Shown here in pieces: positions 29,550 through 39,120 of a stretch of 64,000 nucleotides of DNA (position 1 is its first letter; each line of letters opens with the position of its first letter). The position numbers were made by a program, and so were the translations under genes. The notes beneath the pieces were generated by a model that saw only the letters and a program-made list of their open reading frames with translations, was not told where the DNA came from and did no database searches. This DNA comes from an uncultured Actinomycetes bacterium (GTDB taxonomy: Bacteria; Actinomycetota; UBA4738; JBBDTT01), in assembly GCA_963742735.1 (NCBI GenBank), contig CAVUMN010000001.1, positions 128,001-192,000 on the forward strand, read 5' to 3'.

Positions 29550-30677
29550 ATGCGGCTGTCGTATTCCTCGATCAATACCTACGAGACGTGCCCGGCGAAG
29601 TACCGCTTCGAGTACGAGGACCGCCTCCCTCGGTCCCCGGCCCCGGCTCTGTCGTTCGGGGACAGCCTCCACCGCGCGCTGTTCCGGTTCCACGACCGGC
29701 CGGTGCCGGTGGCGCCCTCCCTCCCCGAGCTGCACGAGTTCCTGGAGGACGAATGGGTCTCCGAGGGCTACCGGGACCCCGCGGAGGAGCGCCTGTACCG
29801 GGACCACGGCAAGCAGGTCCTGGAGATGTACCACCGCGAGAACGCCGGCGAGTACCGCATCCCCGCGGCGCTCGAATACAAGTTCTCGGTGGAGGTGGAG
29901 GGCGTCCAGCTGGTCGGCCAGATCGACCGCCTGGACCGCATCCCCGGCGGCGGCTACGAGATCATCGACTACAAGACCAACCGGCGGCTCCCGCCCCGTT
30001 CGCGCATCGACAAGGACCTGCAGCTGTCGCTCTACTGGCTGGCGGCCCAGCAGATCTGGGGCATCGAGGCGGAGCGACTCACCCTCTACTACCTGCTGCC
30101 AGGGCAGCGGATGACCACGACCCGCACCGAGGCGGACGCCGAGCGGCTTCGTTCGCGGATCGCGATCACCGCCGAGCGCATCGACGCCGGCAAGTTCGAG
30201 GCCCGCGAGAACCCCCTGTGCAACTGGTGCGACTACCAGGCCCGCTGTCCGGTGTTCCGCCACCTGCACGAGAAGGAAGAGGGCGATCCCGCCCCGCGGA
30301 TCACCGACCTGGTCGACGAGTGGATCACCCTCAAGCGCGAGGACCGGGCCCGGTGGAAGCGCATGGAGGAGCTGGCGGCGACCATCCACGCCTACTGCGA
30401 CGAGCACGAGTACCAGCGCCTGTACGGCTCCGAGGGCGCCGGGGTGGCCCGGGTGGCCCGCCACGACGCCGACTACGACCTGGAGCAGGTCAAGGACGCC
30501 CTGGAGCCGCTGGGGCTGTTCGAGGAGATCCTCACCGTGGACCGGGGCCGGTTGGCGCAGCTGATCGAGGGGCGCACGCTCCCGCCGGACGTGGAGGACG
30601 CCCTGCTCGCGGCCAAGGACGAGGTCCGCACCTCCTACGCCCTGTACCTGCGCGAGAAGTCCCGCTCCCGGCGCTAG
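29550..30677 (+). CDS. Stand-alone PD-(D/E)XK RecB/Cas4-like Fe-S nuclease with C-terminal helical extension
   Basis: LSYS...CP, G.SLH, E, GQIDRLD, IIDYKT, QLSLY, CNWCDYQARC (1+3 Cys iron-staple pattern). Confidence 0.88.
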   Translation: MRLSYSSINTYETCPAKYRFEYEDRLPRSPAPALSFGDSLHRALFRFHDRPVPVAPSLPELHEFLEDEWVSEGYRDPAEERLYRDHGKQVLEMYHRENAGEYRIPAALEYKFSVEVEGVQLVGQIDRLDRIPGGGYEIIDYKTNRRLPPRSRIDKDLQLSLYWLAAQQIWGIEAERLTLYYLLPGQRMTTTRTEADAERLRSRIAITAERIDAGKFEARENPLCNWCDYQARCPVFRHLHEKEEGDPAPRITDLVDEWITLKREDRARWKRMEELAATIHAYCDEHEYQRLYGSEGAGVARVARHDADYDLEQVKDALEPLGLFEEILTVDRGRLAQLIEGRTLPPDVEDALLAAKDEVRTSYALYLREKSRSRR

Positions 30678-31566
30678 CCGCTTCGGGCGCGCTTCAGGGC
30701 CGACGAGAGGTCGGACGGCAGCGGATCGGCCACCTCGAGCCGCTCCCCCGTGGCGGGGTGCGTGAAGGCGATCAGCAGCGCGTGGAGGAACGGCCGCTCG
30801 AGGCCCAGGCGCGCCGCGTCGTCTCCCCCGCCCCCGTACTGACGGTCGCCGAGCACGGGGTGACCGACCGAGACTGAGGTGCACCCGGATCTGGTGGGTG
30901 CGCCCGGTGCGGGGGCGGGCCTCGAGCAGGGTCGAGCGCGGGAGCCGCTCGCGGACGGTGAGCTCGGTCCGGGCCTCGACCCCCGCGCCCGCGTCGATCA
31001 CGGTGCGGCCACCCTGCCGGTTGAGCCGCGCGTCGATCGCGAAGGTCTCCTCCTCGACCCGGCCCCGGACCAGGGTCAGGTACCGCCGGTCCACGTCGTG
31101 GCGCGTGAACAGGTCTCGAAGCGCGGCATGCGACGCGTCGTCTTTCGCCACGACCATCGCCCCGGAGGTCCCGGCGTCGAGGCGATGGACGATCCCGGGC
31201 CGGTCGGGGTCCGTCCCCGCGGACAGGGCGACGCCCATGCCGAGCAGCCGGTTGACGAGGGTGCCCGTGCGCCGGCCCGGGGCCGGATGGACGACCAGCC
31301 CCGCGGGCTTCGAGATCACCAGCAAGTGGTCGTCCTCGTGGAGGATCTCCACCCCGCCGGGCTCGGGCCCGAGCGGACCCGGACCGGACAGGTCCGCCTC
31401 GATCCGCTCTCCCCCGCTCAGGCGGTGCGACTTCGGCCGGGCCTCGCCGTCCACCCGTCACCCGGCCGTCCGCGATCGCCCGCTGCACGTCGGCGCGGGG
31501 GATTCCCGTCAGGCGGGCCAGCACCGCGTCCAGGCGACCGGGCTCGCCGGTGACGTCAGTCCCCAT
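30674..31566 (-). CDS. rluD: RluA-family pseudouridine synthase (two apparent frameshifts, near 31455 and 30870)
   Basis: S4-like RLDAVLA start, KPAGLVVHP, IVHRLDAGTSG, TGRTHQIRVH, then GHPVLGD...FLHA in a third segment; synteny lspA-rluD-dnaE. Confidence 0.88.
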
Positions 31567-32071
31567 TCGCGGACTCCCTCGCGGAGCGAGCCTCCGCCCG
31601 CTCGCGTCGCGCCGACGCGAACAGGACCAGCCCCGCGCCGGTCACGATGGCTATATCCGCCACGTTGAACACCGGCCACACCTGCAGGTCGACGAAGTCG
31701 ACCACCGACCCGGACAGCCCGGGCCCTCGCACCACGCGGTCGGTCAGGTTCCCGATGGCCCCTCCCAGGATCAGCCCGAGCCCGACGGCGACCGAACGCA
31801 TCGACACATTCCTCGACGCGACCACGATGGCCACGGCCGCCACCGCCGTCGCCAGCAGGAACAGCAGGGGCAGGCTCCCGAACAGCCCGAACGCCCCGGC
31901 GGGGTTCTGCGTGTAGCGGATCTGGAGAACGCCGGGGATGACGTCGACCGGCGGCCGCCCCGCCAGGGTCTGCTCCACCCACAGCTTGGTCACCCGGTCC
32001 AGCACGTAGACCGCGACCGCCGTGGCGTACAGCAGTCCGGCCAGGCGCCGGCGAGGGGTCGAGGCTTCCAC
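31556..32071 (-). CDS. lspA: Lipoprotein signal peptidase II
   Basis: DRVTK, NPAGAFG, GGAIGNLTDR, VVDF, FNVAD. Confidence 0.96.
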   Translation of the reverse strand: MEASTPRRRLAGLLYATAVAVYVLDRVTKLWVEQTLAGRPPVDVIPGVLQIRYTQNPAGAFGLFGSLPLLFLLATAVAAVAIVVASRNVSMRSVAVGLGLILGGAIGNLTDRVVRGPGLSGSVVDFVDLQVWPVFNVADIAIVTGAGLVLFASARRERAEARSARESANGD

Positions 32072-32100
32072 GGGGAACTACGGTACCGGTCCGAGGTGGA

Positions 32101-32496
32101 TCAGCGGCCGCGAGCGCGTTCCTCGGCGGTCTGGTCCTTGATGCACAGGCTCGCGTACGGGAGCGCCTTCATGCGGGCCTTCTCGATGGGCTTGCCGCAG
32201 CGCTCACAGATGCCGAACGTCCCCTCGTCGATCCGGGCCAGGGCCTTCTCGATCTTCTCGAGCAGGTCTCGGATGTTGTTGGCCAGGGAGAGGTCCCGCT
32301 CACGCTCGAAGGTCGCCGAGCCCGCGTCCGCGTACTCCTCGTCGAAGGCCACCTCGCCCGAGAGCTCGGACTGGTTCGTGCCGAAGGTGCCCTCCTCGAT
32401 GTCCGTGAACTGTCCGCGGAGCTCGTCGCGCTCCGTCTCGAGGCGCTTGCGGAAATCGGCCAGCTCGGCCTTCTTGTAGGGAGTCTTCGCGGCCAT
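32101..32496 (-). CDS. dksA: DksA/TraR-family zinc-finger protein
   Basis: Coiled coil EEYADAGSATFERE, ALARIDEGTFGICERCGKPI..AR..ALPYASLCIKD. Confidence 0.9.
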   Translation of the reverse strand: MAAKTPYKKAELADFRKRLETERDELRGQFTDIEEGTFGTNQSELSGEVAFDEEYADAGSATFERERDLSLANNIRDLLEKIEKALARIDEGTFGICERCGKPIEKARMKALPYASLCIKDQTAEERARGR

Positions 32497-32541
32497 GGTG
32501 CGCGGGACGGTAGCACTTCCGAACGCTACGATCCCCGCCCG

Positions 32542-35500
32542 ATGACCTACCGGACGATCGACGCGCGAGAGCCCATGCCCGAGGTCGACGCGCGCGTGCT
32601 CGCGTTCTGGCGAGAGGCGGACGTGTTCCGCCAGACGCTCGAGCTGAGGGAGGGTTCGCCCGAGTGGGTCTTCTACGACGGCCCGCCCACCGCGAACAAC
32701 CGGCCGCACCTGGGACACGTGTTGGCCCGGACCTTCAAGGACCTCTATCCGCGCTACAAGACGATGACGGGGCACTACGTGCACCGCAAGGCCGGCTGGG
32801 ACTGCCACGGCCTGCCGGTGGAACTGGAGATCGAGCGCGAGATCGGTGTCGCCACCAAACACGAGATCGAGGCGTTCGGGATCGGCGAGTTCAACCGCCG
32901 CTGCCGCGAGTCCGTGACCCGCTACGTCGAGGACTGGGAGCGGATGACCGAGCGGCTGGGGTACTGGATCGACCTCTCGGACGCGTACTTCACGATGTCG
33001 CCGGAGTACATCCAGTCCGTGTGGTGGGCCGTGAAGCGCCTGCACGAGCAGGGCCTGCTCTTCGAGGGCCTCAGGTCGATCGCGTACTGCCCCCGATGCG
33101 GCACGGGGCTGTCCGACCACGAAGTCGCGCAGGGCTACACCACCGTGACCGACCCCAGCGTGTACGTCCGGTTCCCCGCGACGTCGGGACCCCTCGCCGA
33201 GCGGGGAGCGGCGTTCCTGGCCTGGACGACCACCCCATGGACGCTGATCTCGAACGTGGCCCTCGCGGTCAATCCCGAGATCGCCTACGCCCTGGTAGAG
33301 ACGGGCGCCGAGCGCCTGGTCGTGGCCGAGGCCCTGGTCCCGAAGCTGTTCGGCGAGGACGCGGAGATCGTTGAGCGGCTGACGGCGGCCGATCTGGAGG
33401 GTCAGACGTACGAGCCCCCGTTCGGCTACGCCCCCCTGGACGGGAAGGGCCACCTGGTGGTCACCGGGGACTTCGTGACCACCCAGGACGGCACCGGGAT
33501 CGTCCACATCGCCCCGGCGTTCGGCCAGGAGGACCTGGACACCGGCAAACGCTTCGGCCTGGGCGTGATCAACCCCATGGACGAGGAGGGCCGGTTCACC
33601 TCCCTCGCCGGGCCGTACGCCGGCCGGCACGTGAAGGAGGCCGATCAGGACCTGATCCGCGAGCTCGAGGCCACCGGCAGGTTGTGGCGGGCGGAGGAGT
33701 ACGAGCACACCTACCCGCTGTGCTGGCGGTGCGGGACCCCGCTGCTCTACTGGGCGCGGACGTCCTGGTACGTCCGCACCACCGACCGTAAGCGGGAGCT
33801 CCTGGAGGCCAACGAGGGGGTCCACTGGTACCCCGAGCACACCCGGCACGGGCGGTACGGGGACTGGCTCTCGAACAACGTCGACTGGGCGCTTTCGCGA
33901 GAGCGCTACTGGGGGACGCCGCTGCCGGTGTGGCGGTGCGAAACCGGGCACGTGACCGTGGTCGGCTCGCTCCGGGAGCTCTCCGAGCACGCCGGCCGCG
34001 ATGTCTCCGACGTCGACCCCCATCGCCCCGAGATCGACGACGTGACGATCACGTGCCCGCAGTGCTCCGTCGAGGCCAGGCGCGTGCCCGAGGTGCTGGA
34101 CGCCTGGTTCGACTCGGGGGCCATGCCGTTCGCCCAGTGGGGCTATCCGGTGGAGGGCCACGACGAGTTCGCCAAGCGGTTCCCGGCCGACTTCATCGCG
34201 GAGGGCATCGACCAGACCCGCGGGTGGTTCTACTCGCTCATGGCCGAGAGCGTGCTCCTGTTCGGCGAGAACGCGTATCGCAACGTGATCTGCCACGACC
34301 TGGTGCTCGACGCCGAGGGCCGAAAGATGTCCAAGCGGTTGGGCAACGTGATCGAGCCCGCGGAGGCCTTCGACGCGTTCGGGGCCGACGCCGTCCGCTG
34401 GGTGATGCTCGTGTCGGGGTCGCCGTGGGCGGCCCGGCGGGTGTCGTTCGACACGATGGGCGAGGTGGTCAGGCAGTTCCTTCTCACGCTGCGCAACACC
34501 CACGCCTTCTTCGCGACCTACGCGAACGTGGACGGGGTCGACGCGGCCTCGCTCGACGTGGCGCTCGAGGACCGCCCTCCCCTCGACCGCTGGGCGCTCT
34601 CCCAGCTGCACGACACGGTCGCCCGCGCGCGGGAGGCGCTCGACGACTACGACGCCACCGGCGCGGGACGGCGCGTAGAGCAGCTCGTGGACGACCTGTC
34701 GAACTGGTGGGTGCGGCGCTCGCGCCGCCGCTTCTGGGACCCGGCCGGCACGCGAACCGACGACGTCGCGAAGCGCTCCGCGTACGCCACGCTGTACGAG
34801 GCCCTGACCACGGTGGCCCGGCTCCTGGCCCCGTTCACGCCGTTCATCGCCGAGGACATCTGGCGGGGGCTGGTCGCCGAGACGGATCCCTCGGCCCCCC
34901 AGTCGGTGCACCTGGCCGACTACCCGCGCCCGGATCCCTCCCGGCTCGACCCGGGCCTGGACGAGGCCATGGCCGCGATCCGCCAGGTCGTCGCCCTCGG
35001 ACGGGCCGCGCGGACCGAGGCGAAGGTCCGGACCCGGCAGCCGCTGTCCCGGGCGGTGGTGCACGTTCCGGGCGACCCGGCCCGACTGAGTCCGCTCCTG
35101 CCGCTGGCGGCCGAGGAGCTCAACGTGAAGGAGGTCGTCTTCGCGGCGTCGGAGGGCGAACTCGCGGGGTGGCGGGCCAAGCCGAACTTCCGGGCCCTCG
35201 GGCCGCGTCTGGGACCTCGGGTCAAGGCGCTCGCCGAGGCCCTCTCGAGGGACGACGGAACCTTGGCCGGCGAGCTGGCCGCCGGACGGTCCGTGACCGT
35301 CGACCTCCCGGACGGCGAGGTCGTCCTCGGTCCCGAGGAGGTCGACCTGGTCCGCGAGACCCGGGAGGGATGGCGGCTGGCGTCGGACGGGACGACCGCC
35401 GTGGCCCTGGACCTCACGGTGGACGACGAGCTGCGCGGCGAGGGACTCGCCCGCGAGGTCATCAGAGCGATCCAGGACGCCCGCCGCGACGCGGGGCTGG

Positions 35501-35712
35501 CGATCACCGACCGGATCCGGGTGACCCTCGCCGTCGAGGGGGACGGCGCGGGGGACGCGATCCGGACGCACGCCGTGCTGATCTCCGGAGAGACGCTCTC
35601 GAGCGCGCTCGACGTCGTGGACACCGCGGGCTCGGGAACGCCCGCCGTCGAGCAGGACGGCGGGCGCGTCTGGCTCGACGCTCGGGCTGGCCTAGGCGCG
35701 GTTCGCGGCTAG
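32542..35712 (+). CDS. ileS: Isoleucyl-tRNA synthetase, type 2 (eukaryote-like)
   Basis: DGPPTAN..PHLGH, GWDCHGLP, WTTTPWTL, DWALSRERYWG, KMSKRLGN, LSNWWVRRSRRRFW, EGLAREV. Confidence 0.97.
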   Translation: MTYRTIDAREPMPEVDARVLAFWREADVFRQTLELREGSPEWVFYDGPPTANNRPHLGHVLARTFKDLYPRYKTMTGHYVHRKAGWDCHGLPVELEIEREIGVATKHEIEAFGIGEFNRRCRESVTRYVEDWERMTERLGYWIDLSDAYFTMSPEYIQSVWWAVKRLHEQGLLFEGLRSIAYCPRCGTGLSDHEVAQGYTTVTDPSVYVRFPATSGPLAERGAAFLAWTTTPWTLISNVALAVNPEIAYALVETGAERLVVAEALVPKLFGEDAEIVERLTAADLEGQTYEPPFGYAPLDGKGHLVVTGDFVTTQDGTGIVHIAPAFGQEDLDTGKRFGLGVINPMDEEGRFTSLAGPYAGRHVKEADQDLIRELEATGRLWRAEEYEHTYPLCWRCGTPLLYWARTSWYVRTTDRKRELLEANEGVHWYPEHTRHGRYGDWLSNNVDWALSRERYWGTPLPVWRCETGHVTVVGSLRELSEHAGRDVSDVDPHRPEIDDVTITCPQCSVEARRVPEVLDAWFDSGAMPFAQWGYPVEGHDEFAKRFPADFIAEGIDQTRGWFYSLMAESVLLFGENAYRNVICHDLVLDAEGRKMSKRLGNVIEPAEAFDAFGADAVRWVMLVSGSPWAARRVSFDTMGEVVRQFLLTLRNTHAFFATYANVDGVDAASLDVALEDRPPLDRWALSQLHDTVARAREALDDYDATGAGRRVEQLVDDLSNWWVRRSRRRFWDPAGTRTDDVAKRSAYATLYEALTTVARLLAPFTPFIAEDIWRGLVAETDPSAPQSVHLADYPRPDPSRLDPGLDEAMAAIRQVVALGRAARTEAKVRTRQPLSRAVVHVPGDPARLSPLLPLAAEELNVKEVVFAASEGELAGWRAKPNFRALGPRLGPRVKALAEALSRDDGTLAGELAAGRSVTVDLPDGEVVLGPEEVDLVRETREGWRLASDGTTAVALDLTVDDELRGEGLAREVIRAIQDARRDAGLAITDRIRVTLAVEGDGAGDAIRTHAVLISGETLSSALDVVDTAGSGTPAVEQDGGRVWLDARAGLGAVRG

Positions 35713-36308
35713 GGGCGGCAGACGCCGCAGGGGGTGAAGCCCTTGCGGCCCGCGCTCGCCTTCGACATCTTCTCGGTGTCCCGGCGGCCCTTCACGAAGC
35801 GACACGAGGCCTGGTGGTAGGTCCCGCGCTCGGGGATCGCCACGACGCTTCCGCCGGTGGCCGCGGCCTTGGCGGTCGACTTCTTCGCGGCGCCCTTCGA
35901 CGCGGTGGCCTTGGGCGCGGCCTTGGCGGCGGCCTTCTTGGCCGGAGCCTTCTTCGCTGGAGCCTTCTTCCGCGGCGCAGCCTTCGCGCGAGACGGAGCC
36001 GGCGGAGCCGTCTCCTCCTCCTCGTCGCGGGACGGCGGCGCGGTCACCCGGCGCCGAGCGGCGGGGGCCTCGATCACGGCCGTCTCGCGTTCCTCCACGG
36101 CCTCGGACGAGCCCGCGGGAGGTCCGTATGGAGCTCCGGCGGTGGCGGGCTGGACCGGCTTCTTCTGGAGCACGCCCACGGCAAGGAATAGGGCGGCCGC
36201 CACGCTGGATCCGATCGAGATCCAGATGAACGTCAGCCCGCTCTGGAAAACCCCGATGATCAACGTGATGAGCGCGACGATCACGAGTCCGAACGACGCT
36301 GCGTACAC
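35709..36308 (-). CDS. Membrane-anchored protein with histone-H1-like K/A/P tract and C-terminal H/C3 metal-binding module
   Basis: Two N-terminal TM helices; KAAPRKKAPAKKAPAKKAAAK; C-terminal YHQASC...GFTPCGVCRP. Confidence 0.75.
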   Translation of the reverse strand: MYAASFGLVIVALITLIIGVFQSGLTFIWISIGSSVAAALFLAVGVLQKKPVQPATAGAPYGPPAGSSEAVEERETAVIEAPAARRRVTAPPSRDEEEETAPPAPSRAKAAPRKKAPAKKAPAKKAAAKAAPKATASKGAAKKSTAKAAATGGSVVAIPERGTYHQASCRFVKGRRDTEKMSKASAGRKGFTPCGVCRP

Positions 36309-36373
36309 GGTTGGTTAGCCTCCCCTGGTCTACGGACGGCCCAGAGTATAGATGAGCACCCCGGGCCTCAAGC

Positions 36374-37627
36374 TCATTCTTCACCCCAGAACAATTCCCT
36401 GAGGCTTCGATCGTCCTCGTCGGGCTCCCCAGGCGGGCCCTCGGAGGGCTCCTCTGGGGTCCCATCGAGCCCGGTGTGCCCGGCCGCGTCGGCATCGGAG
36501 CCTTCGCCGGGACGCCCGGAGCGGTCCGTCCGTTCGTCGTACGACTCGGGCTCCGCGGCCGGCTCCTTCGCGGACTCGGGGTCGGGCGACGTGAACAGCG
36601 CGGGCGTCTCTGGGCGCTCGTCCCGCGGCGGCGACGGGGGGCGGCTCAGGAACGCCCCGGGCTCGATGGGCTCCGGGACGATCGGCTCGGGCAGCGAGGG
36701 GATCGGCCGGGGTGTCGCCGGCCGCGCGGTCCCCCCGGCGAACGGGTTCGACCAGGCGGCTCGATCCTCACCGGCGGGCTCCGGCGACTCCTCGGGCGCC
36801 GGCGCCGGCTCGGGCTCGGGTGACGGCGGCGTCCACGCCTGGGTGTCCTCCTGCCGAGGCGCCGGTTCGGGACGCGCGATGGGAACCGGGTTCGGCCAGC
36901 TCGTCGCCGACGCGGCCTGATCGGCGGCCGGCCCGGGCTCGGCCCACGGGTCCTTCTTGGGCTCGGGGGTCCATGCGTCCTCACGGGCAGCGGCGGCGGG
37001 CTCGGGCGTGGCCGGCGGAGCCCACGGGGTCTGCGGGCCGGGACCGACTCCGCTCTCCGAGGCGGGCCCCTCGGGCTCGGCGGAGGCAGGCTCGGGCTCG
37101 GGGGGCGCGATGGCCTCGGTGCGAACGGCCGTCTCCTGGGTCGAACGGGCCTTCTGCGCCTCGTTCTTCACGACCTCGGCGTGCCGCTGGATGAGGGAGG
37201 CGAGCGCCTGCAGGAACTCGCGTTCGCGTCCGAGGAAGGTCTTGATCTCCTCCGGCGCGGAGGAGACGCGGGCCCCCGCGGGGAGGGCGTCGTCGAGGAT
37301 CTGGTTGGCGGCCTCCCGCGCCTCGCGGACGATCTCCTCGGCGCGGCGCTGGGCCTCCTCGATGAGGGAGCCCGGATGCGCGGCGCCCGCACCGCCGCCC
37401 TCATCGGCGCGTTCACCCAGCCGCTTGTTCTCCTCGTGGAGCCGGGCCAGCTCCTCGGTCATCAGGTCCAGGAACTCGTCCACGTCCTGCTCGTTGTAGC
37501 CGCGGAACGCCAGACGGAATTCCTTCTGCTGGACGTCGACGGGCAGGAGCCGGCGGGGAGCGCTCCCCTCCTCCGGCGTGGCGGCGGCCTCGTCGTGCGA
37601 GCCCCGCCGCCGTTTGCGCTTACTCAT
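36374..37627 (-). CDS. divIVA: DivIVA/Wag31-domain protein with long Pro/Glu-rich tail
   Basis: PVDVQQKEFRLAFRGYNEQDVDEFLD, coiled coil, position after yggT. Confidence 0.88.
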   Translation of the reverse strand: MSKRKRRRGSHDEAAATPEEGSAPRRLLPVDVQQKEFRLAFRGYNEQDVDEFLDLMTEELARLHEENKRLGERADEGGGAGAAHPGSLIEEAQRRAEEIVREAREAANQILDDALPAGARVSSAPEEIKTFLGREREFLQALASLIQRHAEVVKNEAQKARSTQETAVRTEAIAPPEPEPASAEPEGPASESGVGPGPQTPWAPPATPEPAAAAREDAWTPEPKKDPWAEPGPAADQAASATSWPNPVPIARPEPAPRQEDTQAWTPPSPEPEPAPAPEESPEPAGEDRAAWSNPFAGGTARPATPRPIPSLPEPIVPEPIEPGAFLSRPPSPPRDERPETPALFTSPDPESAKEPAAEPESYDERTDRSGRPGEGSDADAAGHTGLDGTPEEPSEGPPGEPDEDDRSLRELFWGEE

Positions 37628-37657
37628 GACGATCGTCCTCCCTGGCCATCCCGGCTC

Positions 37658-37921
37658 CTACAGCCCGAAGCCACATCCGAGCGCCGCCTGGAGCACCCCG
37701 ATCACCACGAAGATCAGGATCGGCGACAGGTCCAGCATGCCGACGCGCAGCCCCGGGATGCGCTCGCGCACCAGCCGGAGCACCGGCTCGGTCAGATCGT
37801 AGACGACCTCGAACACCGCGCGTCCGATCCCCCGCTGGGGCGTGGGGAACCACGACCAGATGATTCGGATGAACAGCACCGCCCAGTACGCGGTGAGCAG
37901 GGCGCAGACGACGGTTCTCAC
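37658..37921 (-). CDS. yggT: YggT/YlmG membrane protein
   Basis: RIIWSWF...LTEPVL...DLSPI. Confidence 0.92.
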   Translation of the reverse strand: MRTVVCALLTAYWAVLFIRIIWSWFPTPQRGIGRAVFEVVYDLTEPVLRLVRERIPGLRVGMLDLSPILIFVVIGVLQAALGCGFGL

Positions 37922-37954
37922 GTGGCTCCCTCCGGGACGGACGGCGGAGTGAGA

Positions 37955-38449
37955 TCAGAACTGGTTGTAGAAGCCGCCTTCCTCACGCAGCCGCTCACGC
38001 TCCTCCGCGGACACCTCCATGTCCTCGGGCGTGAGCAGGTAGACGCGGTTGGCCACGGGCTCGATCTTGCCGTCGAGGCCGAACACCAGGCCCGACGCGA
38101 AGTCCACGAGCCGCCGCGCCGTGGCGTCCTCGGTCCCCTGCAGGTTCATGATCACGGGGATCCCCTGCTTGAACCGCTCGCCGATCTCCCGCGCCTCGTT
38201 GAAGCGCTTCGGGGCCGCGCTGTGGATCGACCCGGCCGAGGCCGGGCGGGTCTGCGGGATCGTGCGCACGATCGCGTCGTGTCCGGTGTCGGTGGACACC
38301 GCGCCGGCATCGGGCGTCCGCTGCAGGCGGCGCACGGGCGCCGGCTCGCGATTGGCCATCGGGGCCTCGATCACCTCGCCCAGGTCCTCGTAGTCCTCGT
38401 CCTCGACGAGGCCGAGGTACTGGAGGGTTTTCTTCCACACGCCAGCCAT
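37955..38449 (-). CDS. sepF: Cell division protein SepF
   Basis: YLGL N-terminus, PKRFNEAREIG, PVIMNL, RLVDFASGL, YLLTP. Confidence 0.95.
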   Translation of the reverse strand: MAGVWKKTLQYLGLVEDEDYEDLGEVIEAPMANREPAPVRRLQRTPDAGAVSTDTGHDAIVRTIPQTRPASAGSIHSAAPKRFNEAREIGERFKQGIPVIMNLQGTEDATARRLVDFASGLVFGLDGKIEPVANRVYLLTPEDMEVSAEERERLREEGGFYNQF

Positions 38450-39120
38450 CAGGTCTCCTTGAAGGGTCTCGCACCGAACAGGGCGGTGCCGATCCGCACC
38501 ATGGTAGCGCCTTCTTCCACGGCGCCAGGGAAATCATCGGACATTCCCATGGACAGTTCCCGCAGGTCGGGAGCGTGAGTGTCGCGGAGCTCGCGGAGCC
38601 CGGCGAACCATCGACGGGGGTCGCCCGAGTCCACCGGCGCGACCGTCATCAGCCCCTCCAGAAGCAGACCGGGCACCGACCGGATCCCGTCCAGGGCCGC
38701 CCGAAGCTCGTCGGGATGCACGCCCTGTCGCCGGCCGGTGAAATCAACCTCCAGGAGAGCCCGGACCGGCTCGCCCCTGGCCGCGCCGGCCGCGCCCAGG
38801 CGCCTCGGGCCCTCTCCCGGCTCGAGGCCGTGGACGAGGTCGGCGGTCGCGATCCGCCGGGCCTTGTTCGACTGGACCCTGCCCAGGTAGTGCCAGGTGG
38901 CGTCCGCCGCGGCCGCCCGCTTCGCCTCGAGGTCCTGGATGTAGTTCTCGCCGAAGTCGTCGAGCACGGCGGCGGCCGCGCGCACGACCGCCGCCGGGTG
39001 GCCCTTGGTCACGGCGATCAGGGTGACCTCGCCGGGGCGGCGGCCGGCGACCCGGCAGGCCTCGGCGATGCGCCCCCGGACGTCCTCGATCCGGGCCGCG
39101 AGATCGCCGGGGGCGCTCAT
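38449..39120 (-). CDS. yggS: YggS PLP-homeostasis protein
   Basis: LIAVTK, FGENY, WHYLG..QSNK, GLMT, LSMGMSDDF..A..EGAT.VRIGTALFG. Confidence 0.95.
   Translation of the reverse strand: MSAPGDLAARIEDVRGRIAEACRVAGRRPGEVTLIAVTKGHPAAVVRAAAAVLDDFGENYIQDLEAKRAAAADATWHYLGRVQSNKARRIATADLVHGLEPGEGPRRLGAAGAARGEPVRALLEVDFTGRRQGVHPDELRAALDGIRSVPGLLLEGLMTVAPVDSGDPRRWFAGLRELRDTHAPDLRELSMGMSDDFPGAVEEGATMVRIGTALFGARPFKET

Noticed and set aside
29550-30677. CRISPR-Cas locus suggested by the Cas4-like nuclease
   Set aside because: No repeat-spacer array or other cas gene anywhere in the window.
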